In this document: positions 1-13,851 of the stretch, in pieces
Position numbering within the stretch: position 1 is the first letter of the stretch
How the letters are laid out: each line of letters begins with the position of its first letter
Origin: Lama guanicoe
Lineage: Eukaryota
Assembly (NCBI GenBank): GCA_013239625.1
Contig: MU053792.1
Coordinates: 780,941 to 822,736, forward strand
Direction: 5' to 3'
Length of the DNA: 41,796 nucleotides
Position numbers and translations under genes: made by a program
The notes under the pieces: model-generated
Told to the model about the DNA's origin: nothing
Database searches by the model: none
What the model saw: the letters and a program-made list of their open reading frames with translations, nothing else

Positions 1-2377
1 TCAAAGCAAGAAGTCAATAGATAATATGTAACACTGAAAAACAGGCCAAGAAAATAGCAGTTTACGTATGATATTTGGAACTTACATATTTAGATATTTA
101 AGATCTTGTCAAAAACTGTCAGGAGTTTCAAATGCTTATTACCTCTGAGGAATAAAAACTGAGGTTAAAACGGAAACATCTTTTCCTTGCTATGTCTTCT
201 GGAACTAGTTGTCTTATTAAACAGGTTGCATGTATAATTTTTATTTATTTTAATTACAGGGTGTTTTTTGAGGTTAATTACTATTTATTTAGTTTTTATA
301 GGATTCAATGAGATCCATATTTGATTTTAAGTTTCTCTGATTCTGAAAAGTTGAAAGGGTTTTCATCCTACTCTGCATGAATGATTAGTTAGTCATAAAG
401 TAGCTCTCTATATATTCTATCCCACATTCTGATCATCTTTTTTTGTGTTGTTGTTCACATTTTTCTAGATTATTTGCTTACTTCCTTCATGTTTTGGATA
501 TGTCACAATCATCTTCTGTATAACTTCAGATAATCTTTACTGTCTGTTCCTTTTGACCGTTTTCAGTATTAATTTTATTTGATCTACGTCAATTTTTATG
601 TCATGGTCATTTCTTTTAATCCTGTCTTGTTCTGTTTAATAATAAATAGCTACTTTTATAGAATTTCTTTGAAATCTTAAATCTAGTTAAAGAGATATAT
701 CCTTTTCTAGAGTTTCACAGTGTTGTCCATTTTTTTGTGTGGGTGCTAAGAATATATTTCATGGATTTAATATTACTATTTGCTATTCATTCATTGCATG
801 AGTTCAATTTGTTGGTCTTTGTTGTGGGCTCAATCAATTTTGAAGGGCTACTTAAAAACTTACCCCCAGAGTCCTAGTTGAAATAGAAAATCCTATCCAA
901 GACCAGAGTGGGGAAAAATCAATAAAGGAGAGGAGTAGGGTTGGGGGGAGCAAATTTAATTATTTTTCCCGGATGGCCTAGGAGCTCGGAGTTCCTTCTC
1001 TCTGGATCCCAAGATTAGAAGGCAAACTGGGAAAAGATGCAAATAAAGATCCATTCCCACTGGAAAACCTTAGGATACCTACCCTCCCAGGATTTGCAAT
1101 AATCCCTGTCCTTTCCCATTGTTGTTGCATGATCAAAAATATTTTAATTATGTTAAAGAAACTCAGGAAAGGCAAAGTCTTTGCTCATGCTTGTAATTCA
1201 CTCCTTTCCCCAGAACTGATAAAACCAGTAAGCTGGTAGATCAACAAATCTGAACTAAGCTGATTGAGATTTTGGATCAAAAATATAGTCAAGTACATCT
1301 TCTTCCTAACTAACAAATAAATGCCAGTATCTATCCTGTCTCACAAGCAGTGAAACACAAATTTAATCTATATCCCCTGAAATTTAAAATAACAAAGTTA
1401 AAAGTCTAGTAACTAATGAAAAATAAAATATTAATAATAAATGGGGACCAAAAAGATCTGCAGCTAATTTATGATATAACAGCAAACGTAGAATTCCGTG
1501 AATTCCAAGGAACAACAGATAGCTCTACAAATTTATGAAATAAATTCGTCTCAGGGTTTCACCTGCCACCTGAAGACAAGAGTAAGCAGACTTTTTTACA
1601 TAAGATCCAATAAGAAAAAAAGCAACTGTTTGTTGGCTTCCTTCTTCAGAATTATTTTCGTAAGAGAGTGTAATATTTGCAATTGTGTCTAAGAATTGTA
1701 AAAATGTTTGATTACTGCTTGCTTTTTTCTAAGGCTACAATTTCTGAAGCTGTCTAGCATACGCTGCAACACTGACCGCAACGCTATAACTTTCAACAAA
1801 TTGTATGAAAGGTGAGATCTTACAGATTTGAGAAGATGTGGGAGAGAAATGAGTTATTTCGAAGTGATGAGCTGCGTTTTTCTATTAGAGTGCAATCACC
1901 CCTTCTATTTATAAAATTATCCATGCAGGGAGTCTTAAGTATTAAGAGGAGAGAGGAAGCCACCAACAGGATCAGTGGTTGAAAGAGCTGCAGGGGTTTT
2001 AGCAGCACCACTCAGAGAGTGGATGGTGATGGAACTGTATTAAAAACACGTTATGACTTTCAGACTTCCTCCAAGAGTCTTAGACTATAAAAGAGAGAGA
2101 AATTAATGTTGTTACAGCAACATATCTAGGAAGCAGCAGGGAGACCTTAATCCATCTCTTCAGTTCCTTTTTCTCTCACCTTACCTCCCACATTCTTTGG
2201 TGTGTCAAGTCCCAAATGTCACATCCCCAAAGACAGCCTCTGGTGGCGGCGACCTCTACATCCGAGCGTGGCAGTGAGCAAAGGGCTGCCTGGAATTGCT
2301 CAGTGTGGGAAGGAATTTTCGATGCCTACTTTATGAATAGGTATGCTTTATCGTTTTTAAAAAATGAAACTCAGATC

Positions 2378-2548
2378 CGGCTGCCTGAGAAAATACAGGA
2401 GCACCAAGTTAAATTTGAATTTCCGATAAACAATAAATACTTTTTGAAAAGGAAATTCCAAATGTTGTATGGAAAATAATAAAAAAATAATAATTTGATG
2501 TTTATCTGAAATTCAAAATTAGCTGAGCATCCAGTACTTTTACCTACT
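2378..2548. mobile_element. MER53-like palindromic hAT MITE
   Basis: Inverted arms AAAATACAGGA..CAAGTTAAATTTGAATTTCCGATAAACA and TGTTTATCTGAAATTCAAAATTAGCTGAGCATCCAGTACTTTT. Confidence 0.8.
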
Positions 2549-2994
2549 GCGTCAGGCATCTTAGATCACATTGCAAAGCTCGGCCACAACAAAGCAGATA
2601 AGGACATTTAGTGTTTGTACTCAGTCTCCTCATTAAGTGCTTCTGCTGAGCGAGAATTCAAAAAGATCAGCATCCTCAGGATACAGATTTGTTCCCTTCT
2701 GTTCCTACCACACTTCACGTCACCTCTCCCTCCCTCCCTTGTAAAAGAGGAACCCTTGGACTGTGATTTTAGAGTAACATGGTTTCCTTAGTACATTCAA
2801 AAGGGACCTGGACAGCTGGGAGAGTGTTGAGGAGGAGAAAGGGAAACACTAAAGTAAACCTTGGATATCTCATTATTTTTCCAAGGATTATCTGTTAGAA
2901 TCTATTCATTTATTGACAAATGCTTTGGAGTTTCTATTGTGAACTGGCATTCCTTTGTTCTCTCCATATTATTGCCCATTTGCTTTCTTTCCCT

Positions 2995-3440
2995 TTCCCA
3001 TGTTAACATAAAGGAATTCTTTCACTTTGGGCAGCATAACTTTATTTTCTTAACAGACGCCTTGAGATGTAGGTGCTCGGACTGGGAGGAACCACCATCC
3101 TCTGACTCTTCTGAGGCAGAGCCACTGCTCAAAGGCGTCTCTAGGTTTTCGAATTGGTGATCACCACATCTGACATCCTACCCAAACCTTTCCTTTTCAG
3201 TTTGTCCACATTTAGATTTGATCAGTTTTCTGGTCTAATAACAAGTCTGTCCCCAAGTGTCTACTTATCTGTTAGTGTGTGCCACCCACTCCAGTGGTTA
3301 TTTTTAAAATCCAGTATTTTTTTCCCAAACGTATCTACACAACTTAACTCAGTGTTTTCTTTTTCAAACACACATAAATACCTCACTGTCGTAATTAGGC
3401 ATTGCCTAGTTCCCATGTTAACATAAAGGAATTCTTTCAC
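2995..3440. repeat. Perfect 31-bp direct repeat pair
   Basis: TTCCCATGTTAACATAAAGGAATTCTTTCAC at 2995-3025 and 3410-3440. Confidence 0.9.
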
Positions 3441-4544
3441 ACTTATTTGATAAGCACTTACGGATGAACCAGGCTTCACATAAACGTTGTGAATGATTGG
3501 CCATGAAGAATTAGGTTAAATGTAATTTACTGGAACATTTAGAGACTCTTTTCCAGTCGTCTCATTCTCCGGACTGGAACACTGAGACCCAGGCAGACCC
3601 TAACTTGTCCTTTCCGCTGCCTGCTGCCATCTTCTCGTGTGATGCGAAGGACCATGCCGTGCCCGGACGTCACGCCACAGTTCGAATCCCGTCTCTCTCA
3701 CCTATTATCACTTTTGTCCTTTCAGGAAATTTATATAACCTTTATTAACAAGCTACTATTTCCTCTTTGAAATAGTGATGATAACGGCCTAGTTGGATTT
3801 TGAAGTAAATCAAATAAGAATGTGAATATCGAGTAACTAAGACCGAGTGGGGAACTCCATGTTCCTTACTTTCCTCTCCTTCTCCCTTAGAAGAACTCCT
3901 CACAGCTACAAAGTGTTAGAACCCAAATCACATCTCCGGGCTTCTGATTCTTACATTCTTTCCAAATGATTCTGCTCCTACGCCAAGAAGATTAGGGAAA
4001 AGTGCTTTGGTTCTTATTTAAAAGGTGATTACAAAGAAATTAAGAGTAACCAACTGGTTCCTTCATCGAGCTTAGGAAAGAAGGACCAAAGTGAGCCTGA
4101 AGTGTGAGACGGGCCACTTTTTATAAGGGAGGAAGGAAAAAGAATCACAAAACCACAAATGATCTATTCATAGTCCGATAATGGGTTAACAAGAGATCTT
4201 CGGTAAGGAGGGTTCCATCTGTCATACAGCTTGTTTCGTATACAGCTTGAAATATTTTCAGGAATTAAACGGTTGTAATAAAACTCATAGTAATGATAGT
4301 GAGTCGTCAAAGTGCCAAAAACAGTTCCGTAAAATAAAGAAAAATTCTGGAAGCAGCTGAAGTCAGAAACATTCCTGACTTATACTGCATAAACCACTCT
4401 AAGGAGATAAGCGATCAGTATTTCCCTGCTGGGGAAAAGCGGTGTGGAGATCTTATTACTTAGCTCTAATTCTAAACAGGATCTAGGAAAGTCCCAGACC
4501 AATAGGATGGCAGGTATATATGCTCTGGAGTCGGATAATAAGAC

Positions 4545-4665
4545 TTTGAATGTGGATTCTGACACTTGCTAACTACGCACCATTTGGCCACTTTACCTAA
4601 TCCCATCTACATACTCATTTCCTTATTGGTATAAACTAGGATTCTGATAGCATCCCGTTCATAGG
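4545..4665 (+). mobile_element. MIR fragment
   Basis: ATTCTGACACTTGCTAACT...CTCATTTCCTTATTGGTATAAACTAGG core-like sequence. Confidence 0.5.
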
Positions 4666-4689
4666 AGGCTGGGAACAACCTTCTCTTCA

Positions 4690-5085
4690 GAAAGTGCTGA
4701 GTGCCTAGTATGTGCCTGGCCCTGTGCTCAAAGGGCTGAGGACACATGAACAATAGAAGATACACGTTTACAGACCATATGAAGGAGACAAATAGGGGGG
4801 CACAAGAGCGAGTAAGGGGCGAGGGGTCGGGGATCTGCTTTAGGTAAGTGGTCTTAGAAAACTTCTTTTTCAGGTTGCATTTCAACTGAGACCTGAAGGA
4901 AAAGAGAGAACCAGCCCTGCAAAAAAAACAGACAACAACAACAACAAAAGAGGGCAAAACATAAAATAAGATGAAACAGCAGGTGCAAATGTGCTGACCT
5001 GAAAAAGAACTCAGTGTGCTGCAAAGTGAGCATGAGGACAAGGGGTGAGATCTGAGGTTAGAGAAAGAAAAAGCAAGTTCTTTCA
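4690..5085 (-). mobile_element. L2 3' fragment
   Basis: TGAGTGCCTAGTATGTGCCTGGCCCTGTGCT...TTTCAACTGAGACCTGAAGGA. Confidence 0.65.
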
Positions 5086-6399
5086 ACCCTTGTTAAGAAG
5101 GTCACGGTAAAAACTGTAAAATACAAATTTTTTTAATCTTTATATTTTGTAAAAGTATATGTGACGTTAATATTCCTACTGATTAAAATTATAGTGACAG
5201 AATAATTTTAAAAATTAAGTCAAATAAGGGTTACTTCAACACGAGTAGCGACGCTGGCGTTTGGATTTGGCCAAAGGACCCGTAAAGTCGTTTTTTCTTA
5301 AGTGAAAAGGTGAAAGTTCTTGCCTTGAGGGACAATCTTATGCTGAGCTTGCTAAGATAGATTCGTCCTCACCGTATGTCTGTGAAACGGTGACAGAGAG
5401 GAATTCATGCTAGACTTGGCTGTTGTACATCAGACTGCAAAAGCTGCAGCCACAGTATGTGATAAAAGCTTAAGATGGCAGAGGCATTAAATCTGTGTAA
5501 TACACTTGGAGAGAGACCATACTCACAGCTTTCTTAGTCTATTAAAAGTCGTCACTTACTGTGCCTAACTGACGATCTTATCGTAGGTACGTACAAGATA
5601 ACAGCCCAGTAAGTATAAGTACAAACAGGCTTCAGAACTGTACACTCTCTTGCATCCACCGGGGGACTTGGAAAAAAAACATTTTTAAAAAATGAGAGTT
5701 TCATTGTATGAGCGGAATGAGTCACTGAAGATTTTTAAATATAGGATGACTAGATCTGATTTATTCCGATTTATAGTTCAAAGAAATCATGTGGCTGCTG
5801 CACAGAAAATGAATTTTAGTGTTTGATACATATTTAGTGTCCAATAAATGTTAGTTAATTAATACATTATTATTACTTATTTAGCAACACCTCTGCCGAT
5901 CATGATTGCTGACATTACTCTAGTGTACAAGCACAGAATTAGTGACAGTGTTATGTGTGTGATGACCATTTAGAGAAATTAAAATGATATGATCTCTACC
6001 ATTAAGTAGGATACATTATTTTGTAGCAAATATTGCTTTCTGTGTAGCCTTGAGCAAATTAATCTCTCTGAAATTCAGTGTTTTGATTTGTAAAATGGTA
6101 CAAATAATACAGATAGTTGGGATTCAAATGAGAAAACATAAAATGCCTGATAGGAAAAGAGTAGGCAAATAACAAATGCTACTCATTATTATCATTTTAA
6201 GTGTATACACAAAGAGGAAAACAAAACTGGATACATTTTCAGCCTCAGGTCCTTAAGAACATATGCAATATATTCAGAAATCAATGCATAGCAATGTGTG
6301 TGACCATCTACAGTCATATATTCCATCCAGCTCTTCCTCTTGTTACTCCTGCTGTGGGGAACCTGCCAGTTCATGGAGAGTGTCTACCAAGGATGGGGT

Positions 6400-6760
6400 A
6401 GGTCTTGTTCCCCATCAACCCCAGAGGTGAGCATGTGACCTGGGGTTGGCCAAACTACAGTACCCTCTCCTTAGACATGTGATTGGTTCAGAGTTGGGCA
6501 TGTGACCCCAGCTTAGCAAGTCAGGGAGTTTTCTGCCACAGGAATAAGAAAAAACTTTTTGAATAGGTAAATAAGTGAAGTCTGGGTCTACCTTCAGTCC
6601 TTTTTGCTCATTGAGAAATAAGAGACATGATGACAGCAAACACGCTCTAAATTTAGCAATATCTAAAGCCAGCCTTTTCACTGAACCTCTCCAGTTATAT
6701 GAGTCAATACATCTCTCTTTTTACCTAAATCAGTGTCATGAATCAAAGATTCCTATGTAA
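6400..6760 (+). mobile_element. Old MaLR LTR fragment
   Basis: CATGTGACCTGGGGTTGGCCAA...GTGATTGGTTCAGAGTTGGGCATGTGACCC...CAGTTATATGAGTCAATACA. Confidence 0.6.
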
Positions 6761-7549
6761 TAGACCAAAGTAATTTAAGGTCATTTCTGGAAGTATGTTC
6801 ATCCATTTTGGATACAAATTTAGCGTTCTTCAAAGCGAATCCTTTACCAGTTTCGAAAGAGAGACGTAGAAACAATCAGCTAAAACAGGAAGTGTTGCTA
6901 CTGAGATTTTTTCACCTCACAGAACGATAAATGGGAATGTCCTTCCCTTTCCAGAGCTCTCCTGTTCCTCTCACATGACTACTGACCTCCCTCATATTCC
7001 ACGTCACCTCAATTCTGAGCTCTCTCTGGGTTCTTTTTGTTGCCCAGCCCATCTGCTATCAATGCTGCTCCAGTTGCTACTGCTGAAGGCTGAATGAGAG
7101 ACTTTTAGATTCACTGACAGATATATATTTAAGGGGTTCACGTGCGTGGAAGACACAAGAGTTCTTTTTTCTTACTTCCAAAACATCAGCAGAGTTGATA
7201 GAGTTTGGAAGTCATTTCTGCTATATCTAAATTTTTAATAAATATTTTAGGAAGCCAGGTAGCTTTAAGGAGCATATAATATTAATAGGAAAAAAGGTCA
7301 TACTTCTTTATGAAATTCCTCAGTTACTTTGAGGTTGATTAAGTTTACTAATGTGCCAAGATCTCTATCCATTTTTCTACATGTTTCAAGGAGTTAATTA
7401 CTTAAGATACAAATCCTTCTTATTGCCCAGTAGCCCACCTGTATGTCATACATACCACTCTGGGTGTGTGTGGGACACCATGATGTAGCATAGTGTTCCT
7501 ATGCCTGGAGTCTCTGCCCACCCATCCTAGGTGTGACTCCATTTATATT

Positions 7550-7800
7550 AAATGTTCTGAATAAGCAAATCTATAAAGACAAAAAGTAGATTAGTGGTTG
7601 GCTGGGGGCTGTGAAGAAGAGGTAATAGTAAGGGACCACTAATGTGCACAAGGTTTCTTCACCCTGAAAATGTTCTGGAATTAGATGTTAATGATAGTTG
7701 TACAGCATTCTGAAGATACCATTAAACTATGAAAACCTATTCAATTGTACACTTAAAAAGAATGAATATTATGGTATATAAATTACGTTTCGATTCTTTT
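7550..7800 (+). mobile_element. Ancient L1M 3' end fragment
   Basis: GCAAATCTATAAAGACAAAAAGTAGATTAGTGGTTG...AATGTTCTGGAATTAGAT...TTGTACACTTAAAA. Confidence 0.75.
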
Positions 7801-8714
7801 TTAAAAGATAGCATGTTTAAAAGGAACAACACAACTCCAGTGCTTGGTTAACCCAAATCTTGTGTGATAGCTATAGATTTTACTTTGAAAACGTTTATCA
7901 CATTCAAATCATGTTTAAGGATGGTGAAATAGAGTTAGCTACTACTCCTTTTGGAAATTTTTCACAATAACAAACAAGAAAATTAGAAACAACAATAAAA
8001 TCCATCATTTGTGAAACTAGAAAACAACAGAAACATTAAAACAAGACAAACCAATTACTTATATATTTTAAAATTTTCCTCAAAGCAGTATCAAGCAGAG
8101 TTGTGGTTGAAGACAATGTAGACATGACATCAAGGCCACAGACCTCAGAAAAACTGGAAAATTATGTGTCTTAAAGTGAGAGGCACAACCTGAGGTATAA
8201 AACTTAAGTTTCTTCTCTGTGACAATGACAGGTCGTAGTGGCAGGAATTCCCTGGACTCAGTTTTGTTCCAAGAAGTAGAGGAGATACTGCTAAGCAAGG
8301 GCTAACACAGATGCTCTGTATTTGCAGGGAGGCAAATATCCATAGCTGGCAGAGCTGGGGGTCTGGTAGAGAAGGCAGGGTTCACACTGCCAATAATCTA
8401 GCATCCGTCTCTCTCCACTGGATAAGGAGAAGTGGAAGTGAAACAAACCCTTAGCCAAAACCCAAGCTCTTAAGGAAAATTTCTGTTTCCCTAGAAAAGA
8501 GCGCCACCCATCCTCATCCAATATATACTGTCTACAAATAGGTACTTCAGGAGAAAATGACCTTCAAAAGTTAATAACTTAAAAAGGACACAGCCGGGGG
8601 AGGTGAGAAGGATGGAAATGAATGGTAAAAATTAATGGCAACAAAAGAATGTACACCAACAAATTGAATCCAGTGAAACTTATGGTAAACAGCTTTTCGG
8701 GAACATTTTAAAAT

Positions 8715-9120
8715 TTATTTTCCTTTCTTCCAGTTTTATTGAGATATAATTAACATATAGCACTGTGTCAGTTTAAAGTATGCAACATAATAATTTTTGC
8801 CTTACATACATCATGGAATGATTATCGCAATAAGTTTAATGAATATTCACCATCTCATACAGATACAAAATGAAAGAAAAAGAAAAAGCAAACTGTTTGA
8901 TGAGAACCTTCAGATTTATTATCTGAACAACTTTTATATATAGCATACATCAGTGTTGGTTATATTTATCATATTGTACATTACATCTCTAGTACTTATT
9001 TATCTTATAACTGGAAATGTGTAGTATATTTTGACTGCCTTCAGCCAATGCCCCCTCTCCCCATCCCCTGCCTCTGATAACCACAAACCTTAACTCTTTT
9101 TCTATTTGTTATTTGTTTGG
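8715..9120 (-). mobile_element. L1 3'UTR fragment
   Basis: TTCCAGTTTTATTGAGATATAATTAACATATAGCACTGTG...CCCTGCCTCTGATAACCACAAA. Confidence 0.8.
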
Positions 9121-9264
9121 TTGTTTGACAAACATTTTAATTTAATAATGCAAGCACTTGAATGAAGAAAGAACACAAAGCAGAGATACAGATGCTCAAG
9201 AGGAGAGCTAAGGAAAGTAATGGAAGGGGGAAAAAAGAAATAAAGATGAAATTAGAAAGGAGAA

Positions 9265-9466
9265 ATAGATAAACAAGATTATACTGTGTAGCACAGGGAA
9301 ATATATACAAGATCTTGTGATACCTCATAAGGAAAAAAAATGTGACAATGAATATAATGTATGTTCATGTATGGCTGAAAAATTGTGCTCTACACTAGAA
9401 TTTGACACAACATTGTAAAATGACTATTACTCAATAAAAAATGTAAAAAATAAAATAAAATAAAAT
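9265..9466 (+). mobile_element. Younger L1 3' end with A-rich tail
   Basis: TAGATAAACAAGATTATACTGTGTAGCACAGGGAAATATATACAA...CAACATTGTAAAATGACTAT...CAATAAAAAA(TAAAA)n. Confidence 0.8.
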
Positions 9467-10827
9467 CCCTCTTAACCAAAAATAAAAAAAGGAGAGAATT
9501 GGTATTGCTAAAAATATAGTATGGGTCATGAAAAGTGAGCAAGATAAAGTGGTTAGCAAAATAATTTAAAGACATTAAATAGCAACTTGAAGTTATGGAA
9601 GACAGGCTCCAGAAATCCACTGAATGCATAAAGAGCGTCCCAATAGTTGGTTAGGGAAAGATAATGTTTGGTTTGGAGCCTAATAAGTTAGAAGCGCCCG
9701 TGCCACCCTCCTGTGGAGATGTCCCACGGGGAGCTAGAAGCACAGGTCTGTTACCCAGGAGAGAGGGGAAGAATGCAACTTCACAGTTACTTACGTTGTT
9801 TTCACGTTCAGAGTGTCCCGGGTAACGTGCACAGCCATAACTTGTGTGTCTGGTTGATGACATTTCCACCCATTATAACCACTGATATTATACTACAAAC
9901 AAAGAGGTAATCTAAATCTTCCTTGCTTCTTGCTATGTTATTTTTCTCCAGATATTCAGTTAATAGTTTATTACACATAATAACAGTGGCAGAGATAGTT
10001 CAGATGGATAACATCCTTAGAATGGTCACAAACTTCCTCTGAGTGAAATTTCAGTCACCTTAAGCACAAAATGCCTGCTGAGAGCAATTTTGTAACAAAC
10101 GCAGCTTTCACATGCTGACCTCTTCCTTTCACGTGCACACAAGAGGGCATAATGGGAACCAAATGGCCAAAGGGCAGGCAGCAGGACAGAACATGCAGCC
10201 AAGAAGGGCTTGTGCTAATGGCCATAAATAAGTGACCTTTACTCTGTGATGCTGACATGCATTTAATACAGGTCTCTGAAAATTGCTACTAGTTTGATAC
10301 GGGATTTTAGAAGTCATATGATTCAAACCTAAACAGTTCCTCTGTTTTTAATCAAAATTTTATTATTGTATAACAAAATCAAGTTATGTGAATTGTTAGA
10401 TTTCGCGACCATCCATTTTAGACAAGGAAATTAGGACAATGGAAAAAAAAAATTTCCCTTCATCTTTCTAAGGCACATGGATTAAGGACCTAAAAGCAGC
10501 AATTTGAGTTTGGACACTGACAGTTTATTTTAGTGTATAATTTTTCCCTTGAGGCATGGTAAGACATTTTATGGTTTCAGGAAGAACTAGGGCAAATAAG
10601 GGTGGAAAAGTGGAAATAAATTTTTACTTATTTATCTACAAGCTTCTGTTAAGAGACACACAGGGCAGAATTTGAGAAACTATGGTCTAAAGTCATAATA
10701 TCTGGTTTGCATCCTGGCTCTCCCCCTATTTATGTGAACTCCTGTAAGGCAGTTAACGTCTCTGTCCCTTACTCTCCCCATTTGTTAAAATCAGAATAAT
10801 AATGGATCTATCTGAGAGACAATTACT

Positions 10828-11059
10828 TCTTTTTGTTTCTTTTTTTTATTGAACTAAAGTCATTTTACAATAATATGTTAATTTCTGGTATACAGCACAG
10901 TGATTCAGTTATATTATATTTTCTTTTTCATGTTCTTTTTCATTTTAGGCTATAACAAAGTATTGAATATATTTCCCTATGCTATACAGTTTGGGATTTG
11001 CAGGTACTAACTACTATATATAAAATAGATAAACAGTAAGGTCCTACTGTATAGCACAG
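10828..11059 (-). mobile_element. Short L1 3' end with 5' inversion, inserted in a MIR
   Basis: Minus-strand tail and 3'UTR at 10828-10990, then a plus-strand piece at 10991-11059 (ATAAAATAGATAAACAGTAAGGTCCTACTGTATAGCACAG). MIR-like sequence on both sides. Confidence 0.75.
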
Positions 11060-11204
11060 ATAATAATTTCTAATAATTCCCTCATAGCAGTGCTCAACAC
11101 GTAGCGTGCATTCAGTTTTGTATTTTATAACATGTCAGCATCATCACACACTATCATATGTAAAGCTCTCAACAATACAGTGAAATACGTAAACATTGCT
11201 ATGC

Positions 11205-11525
11205 CTCTAACTGGTCGAATTGTGTCCCCTTCAAAAAGACACACTGAAATCCCAACATCCAATACCTCAGAACCTTATTTGGATGCAGGGTTATTGCAAA
11301 TGCTTTTGGTTAAGATGAGGTTATACTGGAGCAGTATAATCAGACATGACTGGAGAGAAGACACGCACGTGACAGCAACGATGTGAAGCCAGAGGCACAG
11401 TGGGAAAATGTTATGTGACAACCAGAGCAGAGACTGAAGGTAAGCAGCTCCAAGCCAAGGACAGCAAAGACTGCAAGCAAACCGTCAGAAGCTAGGAAAA
11501 GGCAAAGGAAGACTCCCCTACAGTT
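11205..11525 (+). mobile_element. MaLR LTR fragment (MLT1B/C-like)
   Basis: GAATTGTGTCCCCTTCAAAA...GTTAAGATGAGGTTATACTGGAG...CAAGCCAAGGA...CAGAAGCTAGGAA. Confidence 0.75.
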
Positions 11526-13851
11526 CTGTAGAGGCTAGTGGTTAGATCTCTTTATCTCAAGTCTTCTTGGTATTTAGCCTACTTTACAAGGTTACAGTTC
11601 TTTGCCCTTCTCCCTGGAGATTGACTCAGAGACCAAGCATGATTATAGCTTTTGATTAAAGCAGAAACAGTAAGATCAATAGCTTTAGTCTTAACAGTGG
11701 GCCTGGAGCTGTGAGTAGCAACCGGTCACTCAGGTCAGTTGACCGTTTTAAGGGTAGGCATAAGAATGAGGCATCTGTTAGCCTAAGTGTGGCCATTTTA
11801 TTAATCCTCCTTCACTTTTTGTCTCATTACCAATTTGAATTCTTTTCTTTTTATTTCTTTTCCAAAATTTCTCCAAAAAAACTATGTTTAAAAAAACACT
11901 CTATACACATACACACACACAGACACCACATTAGGCCAAAGGCTGGTGGAAAACATGACTCACCGTGCTAAGCAGAGTCAGGCTGATCTCACTGTGACTC
12001 CGAAGTATCCACATTATGCAACAGAACTATTTCGTGCTGCAGATGAGCAAGTCTAAGCTTTGCTAGCCATGAAGCTTCCTAGAACTGGGGACATCCCCGT
12101 GCTGGGGAACAATTTGCATTACAAAGAGGCAGTAATACCAAAAGCTTAAGTGGAACTGAAAATACTCAGCTTTAAGTGAAGCCACCCCTTTGTAGACATA
12201 AAGTTATTTTAACTCTTGTAGCACATTTCATTCTTCAAGGTAGTAGGGCCTTGACAAATGATATAAATATGGCTTCGTGGCTGGTAGGCAGTAATAGCCA
12301 CGATAAAGTTTAAGTGGCAGCCAGAAAGATTTTGCTAAGCCCTGCCCCAAAGCAAAGCAGAAAGGTCTTTGAGAAAATGAATCTAAAGTTTATTGACCTT
12401 TCTGTTTTCTCTTGGGAGATTTTAGAGAACGATTTACAAATTTGGGAAATTAGACACTTAACTATAAGTGTTTATGTAAGTTGATGTCACCAACGAGATT
12501 TTAAACTCTTGGAAGGGAAACCTTTTTTAACCATTTTTGCTGATACATAACATTTAATATAATGTTGGCAAAATGGTAGGGTGTTTAGGAAATGCACTGA
12601 TTTTTTTTTCTACCCTGATTTTTATTTTACCATATTTGCTCACATTCTTATTCTACGTCCTTGTAAGCTTACTTAAATTTTGTTGAGTTTTGTTAATCAA
12701 GTAATTAATTAAACTATGATGAACTGGAATTTAATTAAACTTGTGATACATCCTAATTAAATATTTTCTTTACCTAATAATAGTAGAATGACAGGAAAAA
12801 GGGCATAATTATCTGACAAAAGATGATGGAGTTCATATGTCACAAAATTTTATAGTCAAATGGACTTTTATGGGAGCAGATAATATTTGGGAATTATTTT
12901 GCAGTGTCTGGATACAATATAAATGTTGACTAAATATATTTTGTTGGCCAGTCCTACTCTGCTACCTTTAATACAGTTGATGCTTCTGAACATTTCTACT
13001 TTCATAATGTTCTAAGTACTCTGTTCCATTCAGTATATATAGGCTATTTCCCAAAGTTTTCTGTTCTTTTCAAATGACAGTGGTGCTAGGCAATATATTA
13101 ACCCTCTCTCATTTTGGTCTCATTTCCAGTGCATATTTCCCCATTCATTTTGTTCAGGATTTCTCTCAGGATCTTCTCAGACGCATTGTGATGAAGCAGG
13201 GTTATCAATGCTTACAAAACTTCATTTGGCATCTCAGTGTTTGTTGGAAGAGTCGTGTATGTCTCCCAAAGGATTTGCCAGAGTTGGTTTTGACCTCTTA
13301 TACCACAGCTTTTGAATTACAAAAAGTCACTAATTACCAACCAGAGAGGTGAATTTCTTTTTCTTCTCTTGCCATAATAATACAATTTCTTCCAAGGACA
13401 GGAAAGTTCTGTGTTAGGTTCTGCTGGAAAAAAATTAAGGCACTAAGTCAGAAAATGAGAGGAGAGGTCAGAAAATGGAGGAGAGAGGACAAACAAGCAA
13501 ATTCAAAAAACCAAGGGTAAGAAGCTTGAAGAGTTTGTGTGTACGTGAGAAAGCAGGTGGTAGAAAAGTATTTTGCAAGGTTGAGTGGAAACAACTGCGA
13601 AAAATAGTAGAGATGGCATCCTCCCAAAATATTGTATCTATGGTTATTTTGCTTAAAACATAAAATGTTCTGAAACTTAATGTTACTTTTCAAGTCCTGG
13701 CATATTGTGCAAAGTATATAATACCAATGGATGTTGCAGTTGGAGCTAACAATGAAGTTTGAACCTTCAGATAACTATTAAGCCCGGTATGGTTTAAATC
13801 TGAAGGACATTTTTAAGGTAGGAATTCTTATTATTTTAAGTAGTGCGTAAA

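Noticed and set aside
2234..2250. CTCF-like motif (GCCACCAGAGGCTG, minus strand)
   Set aside because: Only a partial consensus match, unsupported without binding data.
5368..5445. Minus-strand AG...GTGAG exon-like segment
   Set aside because: Stops in all three frames, and no evidence for a non-coding exon from sequence alone.
11527..11800. LTR-like fragment after the MLT1
   Set aside because: No second terminus or TSD found and the family is not recognisable.
13150..13355. Candidate exon (TTCAG...GAG|GTGAAT, open frame)
   Set aside because: Peptide not recognisable and no partner exons. Such matches occur by chance.
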